Notes: generated by a model from the letters alone, not told the origin. A DNA stretch of 61,192 bases, filler included, from Fonticula-like sp. SCN 57-25 (GCA_001724245.1; 10 parts of 10 records of this genome joined end to end with filler, not necessarily neighbours in it), one strand, 5' to 3'. Positions 11,322 through 22,505 are shown, counted from the whole stretch's first letter. Translations and numbers: made by a program.

Positions 11322-13598
11322 TTACGCCTGGTTCTCGATGGTGCCCGTGCCAGTCCACTTGGCCACCCACGTGGCCTTGTCACTGTCCGTTTCGGTCCTC
11401 TTTGTGCGCACCATTCCGATGAACTTTACCGCATCGGGAATCTTGAGTGCGCCCTTGGCTGCCTCGACGACACGTGGCGGCGAAAGAGAGCACAAAGCAG
11501 CGCCGTGCCAGCCAGCAGCAGCAAGAGACGAATAAGGATCGCCCAAAGACTCAATCCAGTTTGCAGTTTGCGTTGCGTCCCAGGACAGAACACTGTCAGT
11601 CGGCGGGCCAAAAGCACTGTCATCACTCAGCTTGTAGTGCGCAATGTAGGCACGCAGCTGAAGGGCGGCCGCGTCGGCAAAGCTGACGTCATTCTCCATG
11701 ACATTGTCCACGTTGAGCATCGTAAGGGAAACGCCGTCAATGTCCTTCAAGGGAGCTTGCAGTTTGCCGAGACCAATGTCGCAGAGCCACTCGTTGAATG
11801 CGTCGCCGCGGAGATCCTCCAATCCGGAAGCAGAGAGGCTCTCTGTCAAGCTGTCAATTGTCTTGGTGCAGCTGTCAATGATGCCGGCCAGCGCTTCGCG
11901 GCGCGTCGTCATCTCGGAAAACTCGCGCGTCTCTGCAAGGTACTCGGCGGAGCACAGCTCGTTCAGCGCAGCCTTCTCGCTCGCCACTAAAAATTTGTTA
12001 GTATAAGAGTAATATGAACATATGTATGAACAAATGTGCGTACGTTTGGACTCGAGGTCGGCAATGGAGCGCTTCAGTTCCTGCTCACGTGACATCTTCT
12101 GACGCAATCCACTTTCAGCCTTGCTGAGCGACTCGTCGATCGTATCCGCCTGGGCCTGCGCCTCGGCCAGACGCTCGCGGGCACACGCGTGGTTAGGCAG
12201 GGGAACTTGAGGGGCAGCTTCGGGTTCAGCTTGAGGGGCAGAATTCTCACCGGCTTGAGGGGCAGCATAACCAGCCTGGGGGGCAGCATAAGCACCAGCC
12301 TGAGGAGCAGCATAAGCACCGGCTTGAGGGGCAGCATAAGCACCGGCTTGAGGGGCAGCATAAGGACCAGCCTGAGGGCCATTGTAAGGCGTGAGCTGGC
12401 ACATTTCGACTTGACCGCCGACGCCCAATCCCAGAGCAAGATTTCCCGACGCCGCGTGGCACGACAGCGACGCCACCTACGCACAGTCAGCAACAATAAC
12501 AAAAAATTTCGTGACACACCAAACAGCAGGGGTAAACTGCAGTTTGCACACCGTCAGCGGTGCGCCAGACGCGCAGCGAGCGGTCGGCCGAGCCCGTGAT
12601 CACGTGGGCGTCGTCGCCGAGGAAGGCGCCGCCGTACACCTGGTGCGTGTGGCCCCTGAGCACCATCCGGGGGGTGGGCGACCACGCGGTGTCAACCGGG
12701 ACGTTCCAGATGGACGCGGTCTTGTCGTCGCTGGTGACGAGCAGCGAGCGGCCAGAGGGGCTAAAGCACAGCGAGCGAATCTAATGACAATATTAGTCAG
12801 AATGGCAGCAAAATGGGGAAAAAAGATATAAAACACGTACGGATTCAGTGTAGTGCTTGATATAGGCAACCTGCGCCCACTGGCTATTGACCACGCCAAA
12901 GATGTAGAGGTGGCCGCCGAGGCATCCCACGGCGAGCAGGTTGCCGTCGGGGGAAAAGGCGAGGCGCCACACCTACAAGCACAGTGAGAAACAGCCAATA
13001 AAAAGTGTTGGACGTACACATTGGGCCAATCCAGTGAAGGACTGGATGGTCGCGTAGTTGTTGGCCGGGTACAGGAGCGTGACTACTTTTTCGCCGCCGC
13101 CGACGGCAACGATCCCGCGAGAGCTGTACGCGCATCCGCACAGCTAGACAAAATGAGAAACACCATAAAAGCGTAAAAAATGACGCGTACGCCGCCGGTG
13201 CTCTTGTACACGGTGGCGAGCGCGACGTTGTTGGTGACTTGGATGAGAAGGCCGTCCCAGGTCACGGCAATCAGACGCGAGCCATCGGGCGCCCACGCGA
13301 CGCAATACACCTAACATGAAGACGGTCAAAACGAGAAAGGATAAAAAAAACACGCACAGGCTCGGCGCACTTGACAGTGTACACAGTGGCCTTTGTGGCG
13401 ATGTTGGCGATGATGAGCGTCTTGTCATTGCTGCCCGTAGCAACAAAGTTTCCGTCGGGGGAAATCGCACAGCCAAACACCTGGAAAAAACAGGCATCGT
13501 CAGATCAGAAATACAAAACGCAGGCGCTAAAGGGAAACAAAACATACCTCGCTGGTGTGGCGCGGGACAATCATTTTATTCAGCAGTTGATGCTCCAT
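11322..13598 (-). CDS. WD40-SAM family paralogue A: one WD40 propeller, PQA repeats, coiled coil, tandem SAM-like domains
   Basis: Exons VFGCAISPDG, VYCVAWAPDG, LCGCAYSSRG, VWRLAFSPDG, IRSLCFSPSG(..GHTHQV..GSADRSLRVW), VASLSCHAASG. SAM-like patterns FNEWLCDIGLGKL..DIDGVSLTML and LSWDATQTANWIESLG..Y..GWHGAALCSL. The start was chosen by alignment to the paralogues; an upstream in-frame ATG exists. Confidence 0.8.
12207..12378 (-). repeat. Coding minisatellite, 24-nt unit (PQAGAYAA)
   Basis: Near-perfect tandem GCTTGAGGGGCAGCATAAGCACCG units. Confidence 0.92.
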
Positions 13599-13674
13599 TT
13601 TAGACCACTCTTTCCGCTCTGATTGCCACCCAGCAGCCGTCGATGAGAGAGAAGAGAATAAGTTCTGCAAAGTC

Positions 13675-13684
13675 GTCACGTGAC
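13675..13684. promoter_or_regulatory. Palindromic E-box GTCACGTGAC upstream of paralogue A
   Basis: CACGTG also lies at 10856-10861 and 6883-6888, at similar distances upstream of paralogues B and C. Confidence 0.45.
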
Positions 13685-13901
13685 CGGTAATTTTGATCGA
13701 GCCAGAATTGATCGTCGTCCCCATAAACACTTTCACGTTGTTGTTGAGTAGCTCTTTCAATGCCATAGCATAACTTTCTTTGTGTACTGCACATGGTAAT
13801 AAGCTGATCAATACTATCATTCATGCTTACATTCCAAAATGAACACGCGTATCCATACAGAAAAAGGCTTCAAACACACACATCTCTTCTCACTCACTCC
13901 T

Positions 13902-14925
13902 CTAGATCGTGAGCATCTGCGACGTTGCCGCGACGAGCGGCGCATACTGCTTCATCCCCGCGCTCTCCACGACCGCCTTGGCCGCCTTGCGTAACCGCGC
14001 AACATCAAGCTGCTGCTGCTGCAGCTTGCGCAGCCGCCTGAGCAGCTGGCTCGCGAGCGACAGCGCCTCCTTGAAGCGCTTGTACGTCATGGCACCGCCG
14101 TCCTTTTCCTCTTCCTCATCCGAATCAGCCGCATCAGCCGCAGAATCAGCGGAATCAGCGTCCGTCTTGGCGCGCTTCTTGCTCTTCTTTTGCGGCGGCG
14201 CGGACGGCGCCTTGAGGCCTTCCGCCGCGACGCGCTCGAGCGTGGCCGCGACGGCGTCGACCGCCGCCGGCGCAAACACCGCCGCCGCCTGCGCGTCGCG
14301 CACCGCCTGCGCCAGCTTGAGGGCCAGCTTGAGCGCGACAATGCTCTGGTAGGGGCGCGCGGTGGCGGCCAGGTTGGCATAGTTTGCGAGCTGCGGGCCG
14401 AGGTGGACGCCGAGCGTCGGGAAGCGCTGCAGGAACGACTCCAGAAGGATGGGCTGCACGCGAGAGCGCTTCTTCTTCATGAGCGGGTCAATAAGGGCCT
14501 CAAACTGGGCAACGACGCGCGCAGCGACGCTCTTCTTGGGCAGGCGCGACTGCGCCTCTTCGAGCTCGCGGTGGTGCGCGCCGGAAAAGGCGGCGCGAAC
14601 GGCGTACGCGACAGCGTCAGACACGACGGCGGAGAACTTTGCGGTCGAGTCGCGGCGCGCTTCGATAAGAAGAGAAGAAATGATTTCGACGGCGCCGTCG
14701 CGCTGCTCGGGGGTGGTTAAAAGGCACACTTCCTTGCGGCGCGTCAGCGAGCGGATAAGAGAAGTGGTCTTGTCGTGGAGTTCCTTGTTGGCGCCGGCGG
14801 CACGCGAGGCGCGCACGAGCGGGACCAGCGAAAGGACGACGAGCGGCGACGTCGGGTTCTTGCGGTAAAAGATCTCGAGAAGGTGAAGAACCTTGAATTT
14901 GAAATGGAGCGCGTTGCGCTTGGCG
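13902..14925 (-). CDS. MYBBP1A / Pol5 (DNA polymerase phi family) C-terminal part, 5'-partial
   Basis: HFKFKVLHLLEIFYRKNPTSPLV and downstream KKRSRV..FLQRFP resemble the end of the DNA_pol_phi domain. Confidence 0.7.
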
Positions 14926-15025
14926 NNNNNNNNNNNNNNNNNNNNNNNNNNNNNNNNNNNNNNNNNNNNTTAATTAATTAANNNNNNNNNNNNNNNNNNN
15001 NNNNNNNNNNNNNNNNNNNNNNNNN
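14926..15025. other. Artificial contig linker
   Basis: N-TTAATTAATTAA-N. Confidence 0.98.
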
Positions 15026-15030
15026 CCTAT

Positions 15031-15116
15031 CTCGCGATAGCTCAGTTGGTAGAGCGGCAGACTGTAGTGGTTCTTCTGACATCTGTAGGTCGCTGGTTCG
15101 AATCCGGCTCGTGAGA
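15031..15116 (+). tRNA. tRNA-Tyr(GTA) with 13-nt intron (15068-15080)
   Basis: Acceptor CTCGCGA/TCGTGAG, D-arm TAGCTCAGTTGGTAGAGC, anticodon loop CTGTAG[intron]A, T-loop GGTTCGAATCC, T-runs downstream. Confidence 0.97.
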
Positions 15117-16241
15117 TTTCTTTTGCACTTTTTTTTTGCACATCATCAGGCACACACAAGAGGGAATCAATGCAGATCTGCACAAAAGTACACAATATTG
15201 CTCGACTTTTCATAAAGAATGACTAAAAATTGAAACTGCACACTGAAATGTGGCGGATCAAACCTAAGGATGATCGGTTGTTGCATGGTCGCACGATTGC
15301 ATCGTAATCGCCCGACGAATGGAGAGATCGCTTGCACTTTTGTCTCCCCTTGACAGCAAACGATAGCAGACGTTAGGCAGCACAGGAATAAAGCAAAAAA
15401 ACGGCTCTGCGCGACTCATGCAACGCTCAGCGTCGATCGGGAGTCCTCAAAGCTGACAAAAACAAAGCGTCCCCCTGTAAGGTATGCAGCCAACGACAAG
15501 AGTTTGTAGCGCGTGAAACATGTACTTGGTACTCTCTTCCAACTCTTCCGTTGCTTGTATGCTACCTATCTTTCAAAAAAGTGCACCATATGGCCTCATG
15601 TCAAAAAATTTTGTCGCTGACGAAAGATCTCCAGCAAACTCATTGAATCACAGATGGTGAAGTACTAAAAAGCTGAAAATTCCCATATCAAAAAACATTT
15701 TCTGAAAGCCACTAAAACCATTGTGACAAGGTACAATGTGGTCAATTACAAGCTAATAGAGACCGTGCTTTTGGCTAATTCGCTTAGACGCACGCCGGAC
15801 GAGCCCTGCATTGCATATAAAAATTCAATGAAAATGTGATTGTTGACCAATCAGCGCATGTCATGGCAGTATTGCTTGCATTCTGAGAAATAAAATCGTG
15901 TTCTGATAAGCAGAATATGCACATCTTTGCAGGTAAAACTATTCTAGCGAAAGTATGTTATAGAGGAACGGAATGTTTCTTTTTTCATAGCAATTTTCTT
16001 GTAGCAGGACCATGATAGGCATCCGAGGATTGCAATCGCAAAATTTCCCAGTTGGACGTTTGACTGGTTAATGGTTATAATCATTCCAATCTTTTCATTA
16101 TGTCTATAACGTTGGTCTAATATGCCTGCCACTCGTGCCGGTATTCCGGCATTTTACTGCCCTAAAAACGTCTTGTGAAGTTTTCCCTCTTAATCAACGA
16201 AATGCTTATATACAGCTTATTTCGAGGACGTGGTAGCCTAT

Positions 16242-16327
16242 CTCGCGATAGCTCAGTTGGTAGAGCGGCAGACTGTAGTGGTTCTTCTGACATCTGTAGG
16301 TCGCTGGTTCGAATCCGGCTCGTGAGA
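16242..16327 (+). tRNA. tRNA-Tyr(GTA) with 13-nt intron, identical second copy
   Basis: Same sequence as 15031-15116, including the intron and the CCTAT 5' flank. Confidence 0.97.
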
Positions 16328-16356
16328 TTTCTTCGTCCCCACCGAGCCCCCACCCG

Positions 16357-17645
16357 ATGGCCACCGCCATGCCCAACGCTCGCCCTGCGGCGGCCTTCCC
16401 CGCCGCCGCTGCTGCCGCCGCCGCCGTCCCTGTGCCAGCAAAGGTGCTGCCCGGGCCTCTTGCGGCGTATGAATTTGTCAAGGAGATTGGCAGCGGATCT
16501 TTTGGGCGCATCTCGCAGCTCCGCCGGCGATCGAACGGCCAGCTGCTTGCGTGCAAGGAGGTGAGCTTTGCCAAGATGGTCGAGAAGGAAAAGATGCAAC
16601 TCGTATCGGAAGTGAATATTCTTCGCGAGCTGCGCCATCCCAACATTGTCCGCTACTATGAGCGGTTCATCGACCGCGAAAACTACAAGATTTACATCGT
16701 CATGGAGTTTTGCAACGGCGGCGATCTCACGTCGGTGATCAAGCGCCTGCAGCAGGAGCGGTGCGACCATTTTGCTGCGTTTGTCTTTTGTCTCACGCTT
16801 TGACTTGCTTTGCAGGCGGTACATGGATGAGGAGGTTGCGTGGAAGCTGTTTACGCAGATCGTCGTTGGCCTGCATCACTGCCACGCGCGCAAGGCGGGC
16901 CCGATCCTGCACCGCGACATCAAGCCCGACAATGTCTTTTTGGAGAACGGCCTCGAGTCGGTCAAGCTCGGCGACTTTGGGCTGTCGCGCACGCTCGACT
17001 CGCCCAACGCCCTCGCGCAGACCTTCCTCGGCACCCCCTACTACATGTCGCCCGAGCAGATCAGCCACCAGGCGTACAACCTCAAGAGCGACATCTGGTC
17101 GCTCGGCTGCCTTCTCTACGAAATGTGTGCTCTAGTGTACGTCTCAGCCATCTTTTTGTTGGTCGTCTCCGCCGTGCACTGACCCTGTTCGCAGGCCGCC
17201 GTTTGACGCGCCGAACCAGTCGCTCCTGAATGTCAAGATCAAGGCTGGCCGGTTCGCGCCGCTGCCTGCGCAGTATTCGAGCGAGCTCAACCGCGTCATC
17301 AAGTGGATGCTCGACCTTGATGTGCGCACAGGATATTATTATAAATTGTGTACTAACCGCTGGGTGCCGTGCAGCCGAATGCGCGCCCGTCTACGGACCA
17401 GCTGCTGCAGCGGTCCCACATCCGCCTTTGCCACCGCGAGCAGCGCGTCAACCAGCAGTACGTCATATTCTGTGTATACGGTCGCCATGCTAACGCAGCA
17501 CTTTAGCTACATGGTTCTGAAGAAGCGCGAGGAGGAAGTTGCCGCTCGCGAGGCGGCGCTGGTCGAGAGGGAGGCGGCGCTCGCCAAGCGCGAGGAGGCT
17601 GTGCGGAGGCTCGAGGCGGGCGTCAATGGCAGCAAGGCCACGTAG
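16357..17645 (+). CDS. NIMA-related kinase (NEK2-like), spliced
   Basis: IGSGSFG, EKEKMQLVSEVNILRELRHPNIVRYYERFIDRE, ILHRDIKPDN, KLGDFGLSR, GTPYYMSPEQ, KSDIWSLGC; C-terminal coiled coil. Confidence 0.92.
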
Positions 17646-17970
17646 CGGTAGCCCTTATTCGTTGTTGTTTTGTTGGTACCTACGTTGGATTCTGTTGCTT
17701 CCTCTTATGCTTTTTTGGATTACGATGTTTAATATGCATGCATGCGCATTTACTTATAATAAATTATATTTTGTTGTTGTTATGGTGGTGACAAAAGTAC
17801 AAGGGCAACTGGAAAGATGACCAAATCGGTCAACGAGCAAAACGACATCTAAAACGTAAAATACAAACGGCACTAAACTCACAATAATGTTTCTTGTCGT
17901 TTTGGTTATGATTAGGCGAGGTGGAGGCAGAATCAAGTAAGAGATTAGAAAGAAAGGAGGGCGTCGCCTA

Positions 17971-18843
17971 TCACTTTGCGGCGGCCTTGGCCTTTTTGGA
18001 CGGGCGCGCGGCACGCGCGGCCCTCAGCTGGTCGAGTCGCTCTAGCTCCTGGCGACGGAGCCGGCTGTTGCGCTGCGAGTTGGAGTTCTTCTCCTGCCGG
18101 CGGCGGTGCTTGAGCACAAACTGCTCGTTGAGCGGCACCCTCTGCAAGAGAGCGCGGAATTCCTCAAGCGACAGCTCGCCGAGGCTCTTCTTCTCGGCGG
18201 CGATGGCCTTTTTGGCGCTGGCCGGAGCAGCGCCCCGCCTAACGGAAGACCGCGGGGCAAGGCGGCGAACGGCGGCGGTGGGCCGCGAGCGACGCGGCGG
18301 GCGGGTCGGCTCGGGCGCGGCAGCGGCGCCAGCCTCCACTTCAGCCTCGACGTCGTCCTCTACATCCGCACTGCTGGCGTCAGTGTGCGGAGCGGGCGTC
18401 GGCATCGGAACGACCGAGTCGTTCTCTTCCTCCTCCTCCTCCTCCTCCTCTGCGACCGCGGGCGCGGCCTCCACGATGGACATGCTCGACTCTGTCCGGG
18501 CGACCGTCTCGGTCGTTGAGGAGCGGTCCAGGTAGCCCGAATCGAGCCAGTTGTGATAGTCGGGCAGGGGCGACTCGAGGTCGTGCTGCACGAAATCACA
18601 GAGATGAGCATTGCGGAGCGAGTCGGGGAACGCGGAGAGCGGAACCTGAACAAGCAGAGAGTCGGGCGCGTCGCCGGCGTCCGCGAAAGAAACAAAGGCG
18701 TCGCAGGTCGGGACAAAGGCGTCGCGGTCCAGCGGCAAAAGAGCGTCGTCGTCATTCAGAGAGCACTCGGCAGCGCCACGCTTCATGAGAGGGTAGCCGA
18801 GGTCCAGGGCATTGCTGACGGGCTCCCACTCGAAAAGAGCCAT
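17971..18843 (-). CDS. Putative transcription factor with a Maf/CNC-type basic region
   Basis: Acidic N-terminal region; C-terminal LSLEEFRALLQRVPLNEQFVLKHRRRQEKNSNSQRNSRLRR has the bZIP N-x7-R spacing and an upstream helical extension. Confidence 0.6.
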   Translation of the reverse strand: MALFEWEPVSNALDLGYPLMKRGAAECSLNDDDALLPLDRDAFVPTCDAFVSFADAGDAPDSLLVQVPLSAFPDSLRNAHLCDFVQHDLESPLPDYHNWLDSGYLDRSSTTETVARTESSMSIVEAAPAVAEEEEEEEEENDSVVPMPTPAPHTDASSADVEDDVEAEVEAGAAAAPEPTRPPRRSRPTAAVRRLAPRSSVRRGAAPASAKKAIAAEKKSLGELSLEEFRALLQRVPLNEQFVLKHRRRQEKNSNSQRNSRLRRQELERLDQLRAARAARPSKKAKAAAK

Positions 18844-19740
18844 GGCGGACAACGGGATCGAAAGTATATAGGTAAGCGCGAGGCTGAAAATACCAAGGCG
18901 CCGTTAATAAACACCGTCAAGGAAATAGGAAATCAACAGAAAAGCAAAAGAGCTGGGCGACGGCGACGTCCACCACAGCAGAGGCGGTGCAGGCAGCAGA
19001 CCCTTCTTAAATCCGGATTCACACAAGCGGATTCAATCACGCTGTGCTCGAAATCAGCTAAAGAAAACTGCGCCTTCACGGAAACCCGTCGAATCGAGGT
19101 TGGGGCGAGAAAGAAAGTGCACAAAAAGCCGCTTTCTTCGCTGCAAAAACGCTCGAAACGGTAATCCGCTTACAAATCAAAATCCGACGACCAGTCCAGC
19201 AAGTGTCCACTGGAGACGTTGTCCAGATTATTTGTCACCACAAAAATTGGTTTGATGGTGAGCCGCTGCAAATGCGCAGGTCGGCCACAGCCTCTGCCAA
19301 AGTGGCCGGGCGTCTCAAAAAAAGAGGCTCCCCCAGAAAGAAAGGCGAAGAAAAGGTGCGAAAAAGTCTAGCACAAATGACGTACAGTGCAAGAAACCGC
19401 GCGAAGCTCAGAAAATCCCAGTCGGACCCCTCCTCAACAGACGACCGGCAAACGACGGTGCGGCCGACTGCAGCGCGAGAAGGGAACGGGCGGAAAAGTA
19501 ATGAAGGGAAAAAAGTTCCTCGAGAGGAATATGGATAGGAAAAGGGAAAGTTCGAAGACGCGTCGCGCCACCGACGGGTTACGCAATCTAGCGGCTGACG
19601 TAATCAGATTGCTTAATTATTGTCAGCGTTGAATGTGATGACCATCAATTTGACCGTTTTTTTTTGAATTGGTGAGCTGGTGACAAACTGTTCGGCGCGT
19701 GAGGTGGACCCGGGTGGTTGTTCAGCTCAAAAGCCGCGGC

Positions 19741-20406
19741 ATGATGAATAGCTCGACGGCGTCGCTCGTCGAGAGCAAGTGCGTTCAATGGGTTAAGGTG
19801 GAGAGCTGCTAATCCGTGGCTGTAGTCTTTTGCTGTCGCACAGGCGATCGTGCAAGTGCACCAAGAGCAAGTGCTTGAAGCTGTACTGCGACTGCTTCGC
19901 GTCGGGCGAGTATTGCAACCCCAGCTGCACATGCTTGGACTGTCAAAACAACCCCGCGCACGATACGGTGCGCTCTTTTGGTACTGTTATTTGCCTCCTA
20001 ATCTCGAGCAGGTTCGCCGCGACGCTGTCATCGCGACACTGGAGCGGACCAAGAACGCGTTTAGACCAAAGCTCGCTGCGGTGGCTCCCGAGCCCGACCT
20101 CACAACGACAAAGCACCACAAAGGGTGCCATTGCCGAAAGTCAAACTGCTTGAAAAAGTACTGCGAGTGTTTCCAAAGTGGCGTGCCATGCTCGGAGCTA
20201 TGTCGCTGCGTCGACTGCAAGAATCACTCCTCGCACGATCCGGACTACTATGATGACGGTACGGCTCTTTTGCTTTTATACAGAAGGTGCTCATGAATGA
20301 ACTTAGTGGACTCGCCGGCGAGCTCACCGATGAAGAGGCTGCGCGGAGAAGGCCCGCCGTCCTCGCCACTAAACCGCGGGAAACGCAGCTCGCAAGAGTC
20401 GAGTAG
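19741..20406 (+). CDS. Small CRC/CXC (tesmin/TSO1/LIN54-like) protein, spliced
   Basis: [28 protein letters not shown], a [10 protein letters not shown] hinge, then [30 protein letters not shown]. Confidence 0.9.
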
Positions 20407-20422
20407 GTCAAAGTATAATAGT

Positions 20423-20522
20423 NNNNNNNNNNNNNNNNNNNNNNNNNNNNNNNNNNNNNNNNNNNNTTAATTAATTAANNNNNNNNNNNNNNNNNNNNNN
20501 NNNNNNNNNNNNNNNNNNNNNN
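20423..20522. other. Artificial contig linker
   Basis: N-TTAATTAATTAA-N. Confidence 0.98.
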
Positions 20523-22300
20523 GAACAAGATCAAGGCGCTCGCCGAGGACATTGGCAAGATGGCGGCGCTCAAGGAGCTCGATCTCGGCAACAATCTGTT
20601 GGTAGCGCTGCCGGATGAGATCGGCCAGCTGAGCAAGCTGAATAGGCTGGCATTGCAGTTTAATCGCCTTTTGAAGCTGCCTGCCACGTGTACGTTGCAT
20701 TGAAAGATAAGGGAAACTGAGAAAGTGGTGCAATGGTATTGCATGGTATTGATGATGGTCATGATGAATATGGTGGTGAATATGATGCTGAATTTGATGA
20801 TAAATATGATGATGAATATGATGATGGTGTATCATTATTGCTGTGTTTTTCTTGTTATATGTTGTTGTTGACAGTTATTAATGATTGTTATGGTAACTTT
20901 TAATATTGTTGATGCTGATGCTGATGCTGATGCTGATGCTGATGCTGATGCTGATGCTGATGTGTGTTATTGATCATTGTTCATGATGTCGTCATTGATG
21001 ACGTACTTCTCCTCTTTCTCTTCCACTAACCCCCCTCCCAGTGGGCCTGCTGAAGCAACTCGAAGATCTCGATCTCTCCGACAACGTCTCCCTCAAAGAC
21101 GTCCCCGCCTCCTTTGGCGACCTCACCAAACTCAAAAAGTTTTACATGAAGGGCACACTCATCGAAATGCTCCCCTACGAGCTGCAGTACTGCACCGAGT
21201 TGGTCGAGCTGATCATGAAGGACAACTCGCAGATCATGTCCATGCCGGGTACGAAAAAAATATTTTGCTGACTGTGCAAATGACTGATGTGGTGTGTCAG
21301 CATATGTGGGGAATTTAAAGGGACTTCAGCGGTTGGACGCGTCGCACTGCTCGCTGTCGACGCTGCCGGACTCGATTGGCAATCTGGCCAGTTTGCAGTC
21401 GGTGGACTTGCGGAGGAATAGGCTCATGTCGCTGAATGTGCCGCCGTCGGTGAGTGGGTGGAAGGCGATTCAGCGATTGGTCATTGCGTACGCGAGTTTG
21501 CAGTTTGCGTGTTGGTTTGCAATGTTTGGTTTTTGTTGTTGTAGCTTGTACTTTTTCAGTTTGCACTTTGCACTTGCCGCTGTTCTTGTACTTTTGCAGC
21601 TTGCACTTTGCAGCTGTTTCTGTACATTGTAGCTTGTTTTTTCAGTTTTCAGTTTGCACATTGCATCCCAGTTTGCACTTTTCTGTCATTTACTGATACC
21701 ATTGCTAGATCGAATGAGCTTGACGTCATCCCCGACTGCTTCTATGACCTCGTCTCACTCACCGAACTCGATGTTTCCCACAATGTCATCTACGTCATCA
21801 ATGACGACATCGGCAAGCTCGTCAATCTGCGCAAGCTCGTCCTTAGCTACAACCGCCTTCAGCAGCTTCCCACCGCCGTCAGGTACGAATTGAATATGAA
21901 TATGACATAGGATGATTGCTGATCACGTGATCATATAGGAACCTGCAATTGTTGCAGTCACTTGAAGTGCGCAACAATGTTATTACTCAGTTGCCGAGCG
22001 AGATTGGCGAGCTCAAGCACTTGACGCGGTTTGATGCGAGTAATAATAAGCTGAATGAGCTGCCGAGGGCGATGCATAGGCTTACCAAGCTCACGGTGCG
22101 TAGTATAGTTGAAGGTTATGTGGGCTAATTGTGTGGAATAGGTGATGGATTTGAGGGATAATCAGCTTATGTACCCACCGAATGGGGTTATCAATGCGGG
22201 TATTCAGCAGACACTCGACTACTTGAAGAACAACGGGGTACGTATTTAAAGGATAATGCTTTTGAAGCTAATATTGGTTTTGTAGCCTGTCAAGAAGTAA
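20523..22300 (+). CDS. Leucine-rich-repeat protein, 5'-partial, spliced
   Basis: Repeated LxxLxLxxNxLxxLPxxIG units (LKELDLGNNLLVALPDEIG, LRKLVLSYNRLQQLP) and a C-cap NQLMYPP. Confidence 0.88.
20910..20962 (+). repeat. (GATGCT)n intronic microsatellite
   Basis: Tandem hexamer seen directly. Confidence 0.95.
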
Positions 22301-22505
22301 GTAATGCGCGTCACATTCATTTATCATTTTTTAATACTCTTCAATACTTGCTGTGCATTGAAAGAAACATCATTTTATGCACTGTATCAATGTGACAAAT
22401 GCCAGACAAATGCCAGACAAAACAAACATACCCCAGATTCAGCCCCTGATTATAGAATCAGCCCTAGATTCCACCCTGCGTCAAAGTGAAATCGCGCGAT
22501 CTGCG

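Noticed and set aside
13599-13820. N-terminal extension of paralogue A (MALKELL..)
   Set aside because: It has no counterpart in B or C and contains the shared upstream E-box. It is probably promoter or UTR, though not excluded.
15120-16235. Possible gene between the two tRNA-Tyr copies
   Set aside because: Only short ORFs with no recognisable similarity or consistent splice model.
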